34,243 nt of DNA from a virus (lineage: Duplodnaviria > Caudoviricetes), in IMG/VR virus record IMGVR_UViG_3300020403_000042, positions 1-34,243 of that record. One strand, written 5' to 3'. The notes beneath the pieces are model-generated. The model was given only the letters and a program-made list of their open reading frames with translations, had not been told where the DNA came from and did not search any database. Position 1 is the first letter of the stretch. The number at the start of each line of letters is the position of its first letter. This document shows positions 24,633 to 32,956 of the stretch, in pieces. The position numbers and the translations under genes are program-made.

Positions 24633-26474
24633 ATGAGTTTTGCATACAAAAAATTAAACCAGTCGGATGTAGTTACAGAGCAGTATACATCTAATAAAGG
24701 CTACACAGCTAGTCTAAATAACTTATTAGAGGAAGGCTATCATGTACTATTTGGACAACGTCCTGTGTCTGGTGCTTTGTTTGATCCCTTAAACTCACCC
24801 AAAAACCCAGATGGAAGTTATAGAGAATTAGTATACGAAAGTATAAAACATCTTTATTACTATAATTATATAAGTGGTTCTCAAACGGGTTCTTTCTTTA
24901 GATCATCTTCATATTTTAACTTTGACCAAAATACTTTAGTATCAGGTAATCTAAATACAGTTATAAAAGACTTTCCTGGTATAGGAGGATTTAGAGGGCT
25001 TTATGATAGTATGAGTAATTATGATACTGATGCTATATATGATGGAAGAGATGCTGCAAGTCTTACAGTATTAGATTTTGATAAATCAAAATTTGGATCA
25101 GGGATAAGTCCTGGAACTTTTAAAATTTCGTCTAGTGCTTATTTTATTCAGGATGATGGTTTAGGTAATATATATGCAATATCAGAATCTTTATTTCAAG
25201 CTGACTATTCAAACCCTGAATCAGATTATGCTGAAGCATTATATGGACCAGATTCTTCATCATTAGGACCTTTTATAGCAAATAATCCTCATAAAACTTA
25301 TATAGGAAATATAATGTATTCTCATGGGGTAGCAGTTATAACCCACCCAGAATATTTATGTATATTAGGAAGTGCTCCTGTAGCTGTAAATAATGTTATA
25401 AATAAATCTAATGTAGATTGTGATAAAAAATTAGATCTTTTAGGTAATGATTTTGATGATTGTTACCAAATTGATCCCGAAACAATTGATTTTCATTCAA
25501 TATCAGGTTCAACATGGCCTTTTAACTATACTGTAGATGAAAATGGGTTTTTAGATATTACTCCTGATGAAATTAGTACAACACCTGGAATATATGAACT
25601 TGGATATACTGTTAGAAATGAATTAGGAAGAACTAGTAATAGTGCCTCTATTAAATTAGCTTTAAATGAATCACCATTAACAGGATCTTTTATAAGTATT
25701 GATGATGTTTGTTTCCCCGATCCGGGATTCCCAGCAACACATGCTACTGGAGCTGTAACATTTTCTATTAATTATGGAGTTCCTTTTTATAGTTGGTCTA
25801 ATGATAACACATCATATTTTCCTGTTCCTGATTTATGTCAACCCATAGTTTCAGGAACAATTACTGCTTCATTTGATGGATTTATATACTTGAAAGATAG
25901 AAACAACACTATATTTTCAATGTCATATTCTAATGTGTATCCAACAATGAGTAGCGAAATTACAACTCAATCTGTTGGATTCTGTGTACATAATCCATTT
26001 GTACCACCTACACCAACTCCAACAAGAACTGTTAGTGTAACACCTACAAGAACTATATCATTATCATCTACTCCAAGTGTAACTCCGAGTATTTCACCAT
26101 CACAAAATAACTCACCATCAGCTACACCAAGTGCTACACCAACAAGAACAGTAACCTCAACACCTTCTAGAACTAGAACACCTTCTATAACTAGAACACC
26201 TTCTACTTCTTTCCTTTGTGGAACTCACACAGAAGACTTATCTTATGGAAGTACAGCTAATAATGCTTGTAATAATACAGTAACTTCTGAATATTATGGA
26301 AATGGTATAGATTGGACAGCATGGTCAGCTGCATCATTTAAAACAGCCATAGGATGTTCAGTTCCTTCTGCAGGTTGGTATTCTGATGGAAATGTAGCTA
26401 GATACTGGAGTGGAACAGCATGGACATTTGAACAATTCTGTCAATCACAAGGTGGAGGAGGACCATCTGATTAA
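24633..26474 (+). CDS. N-part of a paralog of 23580..24629, extended by Ig-like (Big_9-like) and SprB-like domains, a PTS stalk and a Cys-rich tip
   Basis: ISPGTFKI...IQDDGLGN...IGNIMYSHGVAVIT; APVAVNN...LDLLGNDFD...YTVRN (Ig-like); TPT/TPS repeats; 4-Cys tip with GWYSDG...RYW. Confidence 0.7.
   Translation: MSFAYKKLNQSDVVTEQYTSNKGYTASLNNLLEEGYHVLFGQRPVSGALFDPLNSPKNPDGSYRELVYESIKHLYYYNYISGSQTGSFFRSSSYFNFDQNTLVSGNLNTVIKDFPGIGGFRGLYDSMSNYDTDAIYDGRDAASLTVLDFDKSKFGSGISPGTFKISSSAYFIQDDGLGNIYAISESLFQADYSNPESDYAEALYGPDSSSLGPFIANNPHKTYIGNIMYSHGVAVITHPEYLCILGSAPVAVNNVINKSNVDCDKKLDLLGNDFDDCYQIDPETIDFHSISGSTWPFNYTVDENGFLDITPDEISTTPGIYELGYTVRNELGRTSNSASIKLALNESPLTGSFISIDDVCFPDPGFPATHATGAVTFSINYGVPFYSWSNDNTSYFPVPDLCQPIVSGTITASFDGFIYLKDRNNTIFSMSYSNVYPTMSSEITTQSVGFCVHNPFVPPTPTPTRTVSVTPTRTISLSSTPSVTPSISPSQNNSPSATPSATPTRTVTSTPSRTRTPSITRTPSTSFLCGTHTEDLSYGSTANNACNNTVTSEYYGNGIDWTAWSAASFKTAIGCSVPSAGWYSDGNVARYWSGTAWTFEQFCQSQGGGGPSD
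26004..26210 (+). repeat. coding Pro/Thr/Ser repeats (mucin-like stalk 2)
   Basis: PPTPTPTRTVSVTPTRT...TPSRTRTPSITRTPSTS. Confidence 0.9.
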
Positions 26475-26492
26475 TATAAAGTTTTTAACGTT

Positions 26493-27026
26493 ATGAGATC
26501 ATTTAAATATAAAATAGGAAATATAGAAACAATAGTACCTTGGGATAAACCAGATAAAACCCAATTACAAAAATGGTATCAGGATTTTATACAAATCCCA
26601 GGAATACAAGATTATGAATTTTGGGTGGGTAGTGCTCTTTTTAATGTTGAAGATACTTGGGATGTTGATATAATTGTAACAGGAGAAATTAGAGATTATA
26701 AAATTTTAAAAAATATATTAGATAAAAGTATAGAATTAGGATTTAGGAAAAAACAATTAATTGATATATTTCATAGTAATAATTTATGGTATTTTGATCA
26801 ACCTTATACTCCTACTACAAAAATAAGAAATTGGAAATATTGGGAAAAATATATGAATGGAAATCTTATGAGAACAGTAACAATAAAAAATTGTAAAGAA
26901 ATAATCCCTGGGTTGTATGAAAAAACATATACAAGTCCTAGTAATTCATATTTATGGGGGAAGAAAAAATTTGAGCAAGGGGAATATAATGAAAATTATA
27001 GACTTTTATCTGATGTATTAGAATAA
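26493..27026 (+). CDS. Pol-beta superfamily nucleotidyltransferase-like protein
   Basis: hGS...DxD motif (WVGSALFNVEDTWDVDIIVTG) and a third carboxylate in LIDIF. Confidence 0.6.
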   Translation: MRSFKYKIGNIETIVPWDKPDKTQLQKWYQDFIQIPGIQDYEFWVGSALFNVEDTWDVDIIVTGEIRDYKILKNILDKSIELGFRKKQLIDIFHSNNLWYFDQPYTPTTKIRNWKYWEKYMNGNLMRTVTIKNCKEIIPGLYEKTYTSPSNSYLWGKKKFEQGEYNENYRLLSDVLE

Positions 27027-27029
27027 TAA

Positions 27030-28373
27030 ATGAGTAGTTTAGGTAAAATATTTGTATCAGCCAGTGGAGGAATAGCTCCTATATCTATATCTTTAGATGC
27101 TCCCGCATCTACAGGTGAAGCCTTTTATTCTTCACCTCATACCTTTGAAGGATTAGATACTGGAAGTTATAGAGTATTTTTACAAGATGCTGCAGGATGT
27201 ATTAGTTCTCAATTAGTAATAATGTCGGCTTCACAATATCCTACATTATCAATTGCAGCAACTGATATTAGTTGTTTTGGACAACAAGATGGAAGCCTTA
27301 CTGGATCAGTAGAAGGTGGAGTCCCTCCATATGAGTTTAGAGTAAATGGTCCTGGTGGAAATGTTACTTCATCCATTTTAAATCTCTTTTCTCTTCAATC
27401 AGGTAGCTATGATGTTACAATTGAAGATAGTGTGGGGTGTGTTGTTTCTCAAAATTTCCTAATTAATAGCCCAGGATCAATGTCTTTTTCAGCATCAGCT
27501 GATTATTCTAGTGCAGATAGTTCTTCTATTCAATTTGAAAATTTAACAGGAGCTGAAAATAGTACAACATTTTTTATTAATCAATATACGGCTCCCTATA
27601 CACAATCTAATACTATTCGTCAAACTCCAATTGCAACTTTTAGTAGTTCTAATTCAACAATACCAATTCCTCCAATTAATAATTATCCTTTAAGTGGTGG
27701 TTTCTTTGGAGCTTTTATGGAAACTACAAGTTCTGCTGCTAATGTTACATGTTCTACAGATATTCATCCTGTAGAAGTATTTAATAGAGAATGGGCTTAT
27801 AGAGAATCTTTCTGTGAAACAGGAGTTGTAGGAGCTAATCAATATAGAATTTTAAATTTCTATAGAGGTCCTAGAGTAACAGAAACTGAGACAGAAATAC
27901 CTTCAGGTATAGGAAGATTTGTAGCAGGTATTCCACAAGATGGTCTTGATGTAAAAATATATACAGGATCAGCTGCAGATGTAAATTACGATCCAAGTAA
28001 TCCAACAGAAGATAAATTAGATATTCATTTTAGTACTAGTGGATCTTTAATATTTAGTAGTAGTTATAGTTATTTAACTGCAAATGATTTAGTAGTTGTA
28101 ATGGAAAATTCTCCAACAAATACTAGATATGTTAGTAAAATAGCAAAAAGATTTGTTAATTTCCCTAAAGGTGGAAATGATATAACATCTTCATTAACTG
28201 TGACTGGATCCTTAATTAGTGGATCTAATTTAAATTTTGCTACTAGTGACTATTTTGGTAATGTAGGTTCAACAGCTAATACCTCATCATTAATTTTAAC
28301 AATGTCTAAAGAAAATGATGATCCTCAAACCCAAACAATTGATTTCCAAATTTTTAGAAAATATATAGGATAA
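27030..28373 (+). CDS. SprB-repeat-containing tail/decoration protein
   Basis: TDISCFGQQDGSLTGSVEGGVPPYEF...LQSGSYDVTIEDSVGC is a canonical SprB repeat; the ORF begins mid-repeat. Confidence 0.75.
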   Translation: MSSLGKIFVSASGGIAPISISLDAPASTGEAFYSSPHTFEGLDTGSYRVFLQDAAGCISSQLVIMSASQYPTLSIAATDISCFGQQDGSLTGSVEGGVPPYEFRVNGPGGNVTSSILNLFSLQSGSYDVTIEDSVGCVVSQNFLINSPGSMSFSASADYSSADSSSIQFENLTGAENSTTFFINQYTAPYTQSNTIRQTPIATFSSSNSTIPIPPINNYPLSGGFFGAFMETTSSAANVTCSTDIHPVEVFNREWAYRESFCETGVVGANQYRILNFYRGPRVTETETEIPSGIGRFVAGIPQDGLDVKIYTGSAADVNYDPSNPTEDKLDIHFSTSGSLIFSSSYSYLTANDLVVVMENSPTNTRYVSKIAKRFVNFPKGGNDITSSLTVTGSLISGSNLNFATSDYFGNVGSTANTSSLILTMSKENDDPQTQTIDFQIFRKYIG

Positions 28374-29368
28374 TGGCAAACACAGGATTCATATTAAACC
28401 CAACAGCATCACAATATTTTTCTAGTGGACCAAACTCAGGAAGTATTGTAAATACAGACTATGATGTAGGGTTATATATATCTCAAAGTAGTTTTGTTAC
28501 TTTAGCAGGTACAGATTTTTATTATAAAATATACAACCCAGAAGTATGTGAATTAACACAAACTTGTGGAAGTGGAAGAATTATAAATGTAACAACGGGA
28601 AGTGTAAATGGACATTATGATGTACAATACTCAACAGGATCAGCAACAGATGTTGATTCTGGATCAATTGATGTTTCAGGAGTATATACTTTTGATACAG
28701 CTTTTAATGCTGTAGAATCTTATTTCTTTACATCAAGTGTAAATGCTTCAGGAACTGGAAGTTTATCAATTACTTCTTCTATATATAGTGATAGAGTATT
28801 TTTTAGACATTTTAATTCATGCAGTGTAGAATCAGCTGCCTCTAATATTCATATATTAAGAACAGTAACTCCTGTTCCTGTGTCTAGTAAAAGAGTACAA
28901 TTATTATTTGGGTTAGATAATCAATCATTTGTAGGGGGAGCTTATGAAAGTGAAGGTAATGTTTATGGAAATAACCAAGCCCAAATTAATTCATACACAG
29001 TAACTATTACAAGTGATACAAACCAAACAATAAATGGTACTTCAATGACAGTTACAGCAGGTAGTCCCCCTAGAACATATCTTTTAACTGCAGGAGAAAC
29101 CATTTCAGTAATAATTACATATAATACCCCTGGAAATTTAGATGGTGTATTTTCATTTAATGGAAGTGGCCAGGAAAATTTAGCACCTAATGGAAATGAT
29201 ATATTAGGAAAAGTTTCAATTAATTCTACAATATTTACTACTGTAAACCAAAACTTTAGTGAGGGTTACATATTAAGTAGCCCAGGTGAAATGTCTATTG
29301 CAGCTGCTGCTAATTTAGATGATGATTTTGTATTAGAATTTATGTTTGGGAATGTAGTACAAAGATAA
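28373..29368 (+). CDS. Ser/Thr-rich beta-structured virion protein
   Basis: TAATG-coupled; composition resembles the neighbouring tail proteins. Confidence 0.65.
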   Translation: MANTGFILNPTASQYFSSGPNSGSIVNTDYDVGLYISQSSFVTLAGTDFYYKIYNPEVCELTQTCGSGRIINVTTGSVNGHYDVQYSTGSATDVDSGSIDVSGVYTFDTAFNAVESYFFTSSVNASGTGSLSITSSIYSDRVFFRHFNSCSVESAASNIHILRTVTPVPVSSKRVQLLFGLDNQSFVGGAYESEGNVYGNNQAQINSYTVTITSDTNQTINGTSMTVTAGSPPRTYLLTAGETISVIITYNTPGNLDGVFSFNGSGQENLAPNGNDILGKVSINSTIFTTVNQNFSEGYILSSPGEMSIAAAANLDDDFVLEFMFGNVVQR

Positions 29369-29373
29369 AATAA

Positions 29374-29682
29374 ATGAGAGCAAAAAGAAGATTTAGTGGA
29401 TCAATTGAATTAGTTTGGAAAAACGAACATATTATTAATGAAAATCAAATTGTTTGTACTGTAGGTGAAAATGAATTTAATATTTCTCAAAACCCTACAA
29501 TATCAACAGATACATCTGGTTCATTAAGAGGATTTGCAACAGAATCCTACTTTGAACCATATGTTACAACTATAGGGTTATATAATGATACAAATGAATT
29601 GTTAGCAGTTGCTAAATTAGCACAACCCATTCCACTATCAAGTACAACAGATACTAACTTTATAATAAGATATGATTCATAA
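29374..29682 (+). CDS. C-part of the split paralog of 23580..24629
   Basis: ENEFNISQNPT...YVTTIGLYNDTNELLAVAKLAQP aligns with NSEFNYTTNPS...YVTTVGLYNDNNELLAVAKMSKP. Confidence 0.8.
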   Translation: MRAKRRFSGSIELVWKNEHIINENQIVCTVGENEFNISQNPTISTDTSGSLRGFATESYFEPYVTTIGLYNDTNELLAVAKLAQPIPLSSTTDTNFIIRYDS

Positions 29683-30076
29683 CTGGAATTATCCAGAGGG
29701 TTTTAATATTGAAGATTATTATGGTTTTGTTTATAAAATAACAAATACAGAAAATAATAAGTTTTATATAGGAAAAAAGATTTTCCAAAATACAAGAAAA
29801 TTACCCCCTCTAAAAGGACAAAAAAGAAAACGAACTGTTATTAAAGAATCCAATTGGAAAACATATTGGGGTTCTTCTAAATTATTATTAGAAGATGTTA
29901 AAACATTAGGTGAAGATAAATTTGAAAAAACAATTCTTCGTCTATGTAAAACTAAAAAACAGGCAACATATTGGGAAGTTCATTATCAAATTAAATATGA
30001 AATTCTTAATAAACCTGATAACACATATAATGATAATATTTTGGGTAAGTTTTTCCCAAAAGATTTGGAGAATTAA
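29672..30076 (+). CDS. GIY-YIG (Seg-like) endonuclease
   Basis: GFVYKITNTENNKFYIGKK, YWGSS, conserved E (YWE) and YN. Confidence 0.85.
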   Translation: MIHNWNYPEGFNIEDYYGFVYKITNTENNKFYIGKKIFQNTRKLPPLKGQKRKRTVIKESNWKTYWGSSKLLLEDVKTLGEDKFEKTILRLCKTKKQATYWEVHYQIKYEILNKPDNTYNDNILGKFFPKDLEN

Positions 30077-30094
30077 TTAATTGTTCGTATATTG
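30064..30094 (+). promoter_or_regulatory. early promoter P7 (replication genes)
   Basis: TTTG-N20-TATATTG with TTCG. Confidence 0.8.
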
Positions 30095-30114
30095 ACATAA
30101 AAATTAATACTGTT

Positions 30115-30399
30115 ATGTCTGAAAAAAGAGGCTTTACTGGTCAATTAATGTATGATTTTGATACATCAAAAAATTTAGAAATATATTTTCCTGATGATGA
30201 TAGATGGAATAGAGTAACTTCTCGTGTATTTAGATCTTTTAATGGTAAAAGAAGAGTACAAGGCGAGAATTATAAGGGTCCTGTTTATTCCTATGCTACT
30301 AATAATTTAGTAGATCCTAAAATAGCAGCACAAAATAAAATTATAGATATGGATGCGAATTGGAAATCTATTCGTAGACCAGGAGAAAACTTTTATTAA
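30115..30399 (+). CDS. hypothetical protein
   Basis: Follows P7; TAATG-coupled to the primase. Confidence 0.7.
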   Translation: MSEKRGFTGQLMYDFDTSKNLEIYFPDDDRWNRVTSRVFRSFNGKRRVQGENYKGPVYSYATNNLVDPKIAAQNKIIDMDANWKSIRRPGENFY

Positions 30400-31328
30400 T
30401 GATTAACAATATATTAGTTGGACTCGTAGAGTCTGTTTTAGGGAAGGGGACTTCCACTTCTAGGGGAAATTATGCTTTTCACTGTCCCTTTTGTAATCAT
30501 AGAAAGAAAAAATTAGAGGTAAATTTAGTACCTACTAAAAAGAATTTAAACCCTTGGCATTGTTGGGTGTGTGATGCTAGAGGAAAAACACTACATTCTT
30601 TATTTAAACGTAAAAAGGTAAGTAAAGAAAAATTCCAATCTTTACATTCAATATTAGGTACTACGGAAAAATATGATACTGTAGTACAAGATATAAATGT
30701 AGAACTTCCTAAAGAATATATACCATTAAATCATATTCCTCGTTCTAATATAGTAGCAAGGCATGCTATATCATATTTAAAAAAACGAGGATTAAGTATA
30801 CATGATATATTATCTTATCAAATAGGATATTGTGAACAAGGTAGATTTGCTAATAAAATTATAATTCCAAGCTATGATTTAGATGGAAAATTAGAATATT
30901 TTATTGCAAGAGCTTTTCTTCCTGACGCTATTAGAAAATATGATGCTCCTGTATCTGATAAAAACATTATAGGATTTGAAAATAGAATTAATTGGGATCT
31001 TCCTATTGTTCTTTGTGAAGGTGCATTTGATGCTATTGCTATTAAACGTAATGCTATACCTTTATTTGGTAAAAATATTTCTAAAAAACTAATGAAAAAA
31101 ATAGTTACAAATAGTGTTAAAAAAGTGTATCTTGCTTTAGATGAAGATGCAATAAAATCAACATTTAAAATATCAGAACAATTATTAAAAGCAGGTAAAA
31201 AGTTATATGTAGTAGAACTAGATGGAAAGGATCCATCTGAAATGGGGTTCACATTATTTACTAAGAGAATTCAAGAAGCACAACCATTTACGTTTTCAAG
31301 TCTTCTTAATTTAAAATTAAATTTATGA
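30399..31328 (+). CDS. DNA primase (Zn-binding + TOPRIM)
   Basis: CPFC...WHCWVC; YLKKRG; IIIP...FIAR; LCEGAFDA; ALDEDA; KDPSE. Confidence 0.92.
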   Translation: MINNILVGLVESVLGKGTSTSRGNYAFHCPFCNHRKKKLEVNLVPTKKNLNPWHCWVCDARGKTLHSLFKRKKVSKEKFQSLHSILGTTEKYDTVVQDINVELPKEYIPLNHIPRSNIVARHAISYLKKRGLSIHDILSYQIGYCEQGRFANKIIIPSYDLDGKLEYFIARAFLPDAIRKYDAPVSDKNIIGFENRINWDLPIVLCEGAFDAIAIKRNAIPLFGKNISKKLMKKIVTNSVKKVYLALDEDAIKSTFKISEQLLKAGKKLYVVELDGKDPSEMGFTLFTKRIQEAQPFTFSSLLNLKLNL

Positions 31329-32104
31329 TCAAGAAAATAAAAGATTCATTCTTACAAGTATCAGACAACTTTGAACAAATAACTCTTCCAGATTCAAGGT
31401 ATTATAAGAATAAAAAAACAAATAAATACTATCCTTCTGTAACTTATGTTTTGGGATATTATCCAAAAGGTAAGCATTTTGAAGAATGGCTTAAAAAAGT
31501 AGGATATGCATCAGAATATATTGTAAAAAAGGCATCTGAGGAAGGTACTTTAGTTCATGAAATGGCTGAAGAATATTTAAAAGGTAAAGAAATTAAATTT
31601 TTGAATGATTATGGTCATCCCCAATATGATATAAGTGTTTGGCAAATGTTTTTACGCTTTGTTGATTTTTGGGAAACATACAAACCAGAATTATTACATA
31701 CAGAAGTATTACTTTTTTCAGATGAATTAGAAGTAGCAGGTACCTGTGATTTAGTTTGTAAAATCAACGGTGAATTATGGATTTTAGATTTAAAAACATC
31801 TAATAATTTACAAACTACATATGATTTACAAACAGCAGTTTATACTCAAGCTTATGAAGAAAATAGTGGTGAGAAAGTAGATAGAAGAGGAATACTATGG
31901 TTAAAATCTCGTTCTAGAGGAGTAGATAAATCAGGCAAACGTATGAAGGGTAAAAATTGGGAAATATATGAATCTCCTAGATCTCAAGAAGAAAATTTAT
32001 TTATTTTTTCTAATGTTAAGGCTTTATTTGATTTAGAAAACCCTACCCATAAACCTTCATTCACAACGTTTAAAACCTCTGCTAAACTAAACGTGGAGCC
32101 CTAA
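31325..32104 (+). CDS. PD-(D/E)XK exonuclease
   Basis: YPSVT, GTLVH, E...AGTCD...ILDLKTS...QTAVY. Confidence 0.88.
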   Translation: MIKKIKDSFLQVSDNFEQITLPDSRYYKNKKTNKYYPSVTYVLGYYPKGKHFEEWLKKVGYASEYIVKKASEEGTLVHEMAEEYLKGKEIKFLNDYGHPQYDISVWQMFLRFVDFWETYKPELLHTEVLLFSDELEVAGTCDLVCKINGELWILDLKTSNNLQTTYDLQTAVYTQAYEENSGEKVDRRGILWLKSRSRGVDKSGKRMKGKNWEIYESPRSQEENLFIFSNVKALFDLENPTHKPSFTTFKTSAKLNVEP

Positions 32105-32125
32105 GAAAATTTTCGTATATTTATA
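32092..32125 (+). promoter_or_regulatory. early promoter P8 overlapping a late TATTTATA motif
   Basis: CGTG-N20-TATATTT; TATTTATA at 32118-32125. Confidence 0.7.
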
Positions 32126-32140
32126 CATAAACACATCCGT

Positions 32141-32956
32141 ATGTATAAACTCAAAGAATTAATAAGCGATCATCTTACGGAAGACACTCCTGTTAATCCA
32201 AAAGCACTTATACTAGCCGGTGCTCCTGGTGCAGGTAAATCATCGTTTATAGAAGGAGTTAAAGATGCTTTAATATTAAATGTTGATGATTATTATATAC
32301 GTAATTTAAAAGATTTAGGGGTTTCTTTAGATTTAAAAAATGCTGATGCTGAAGATAGAAGTAAAGCAGCAAAGGCTATGGCTGCTGCTAATAAAGAGTT
32401 TAGACCTATGACTCGTGAAATTATATTAGGTAAAAAGAATTTTATTTTAGATGGAACTGCCGCTTCATCTAGACCTACTCTTCAAATGAAAGAAGAATTA
32501 GAAGAACTAGGATATGAAGTTATGATGGTTTATGTTTTTGCTTCATTAGAAAAATCCTTAGATAGAAATGAAACACGTTTCCAAAGATCTCAGGGTGAAG
32601 ATAGAAGTTTACCTCCTGCTATTGTAATGCGTACTTGGAATTTAATTACCCAAAACTATGATTTATATAAAGATGAATTTGGTGATAATTTCATTTCGGT
32701 AGTAAATGATAAAGCATTAAAAAAAGGAGAACCACAAAAATCTTTAGAGGACTTACTTAGTACCTATGTAGATCCTTATAGACCAACAGATACTAAACCT
32801 AAAACAGATAAACAAAAGGAAAGATCTCAAAAATCAAGAGAGGATTTATATAAACAAATTGAAGATTTTGTTGCTTCAAATAAAGTTGAAGACATAAAAC
32901 AAAATTCCTTTACTAAAAAAGAGGCTAAACAAAAAGTTAATCAATTTTTCTCATGA
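32141..32956 (+). CDS. zeta-toxin/AAA_33-like P-loop kinase
   Basis: LAGAPGAGKS Walker A, LNVDD, FILDGT, RNETR...RSLP lid. Confidence 0.85.
   Translation: MYKLKELISDHLTEDTPVNPKALILAGAPGAGKSSFIEGVKDALILNVDDYYIRNLKDLGVSLDLKNADAEDRSKAAKAMAAANKEFRPMTREIILGKKNFILDGTAASSRPTLQMKEELEELGYEVMMVYVFASLEKSLDRNETRFQRSQGEDRSLPPAIVMRTWNLITQNYDLYKDEFGDNFISVVNDKALKKGEPQKSLEDLLSTYVDPYRPTDTKPKTDKQKERSQKSREDLYKQIEDFVASNKVEDIKQNSFTKKEAKQKVNQFFS

Noticed and set aside
18550-26210. CRISPR array or DGR template/variable repeat in the repetitive tracts
   Set aside because: The repeats are degenerate in-frame 12-bp coding units without spacers. No adenine-specific repeat pair and no reverse transcriptase in the window.
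8904-29374. Stop-codon reassignment or readthrough explaining the split genes
   Set aside because: The splits end in TAA, long ORFs are intact in code 11, and TAG/TGA serve as normal stops (443, 11360, 150, 31328).
29672-30076. GIY-YIG gene as an intron-borne homing element responsible for the splits
   Set aside because: Free-standing, catalytic-domain-sized, overlapping the upstream gene end, with no flanking intron sequence; no evidence links it to the insertions.
32141-32956. Epsilon/zeta toxin-antitoxin module
   Set aside because: No upstream antitoxin ORF; the kinase is coupled to a nucleotidyltransferase instead.
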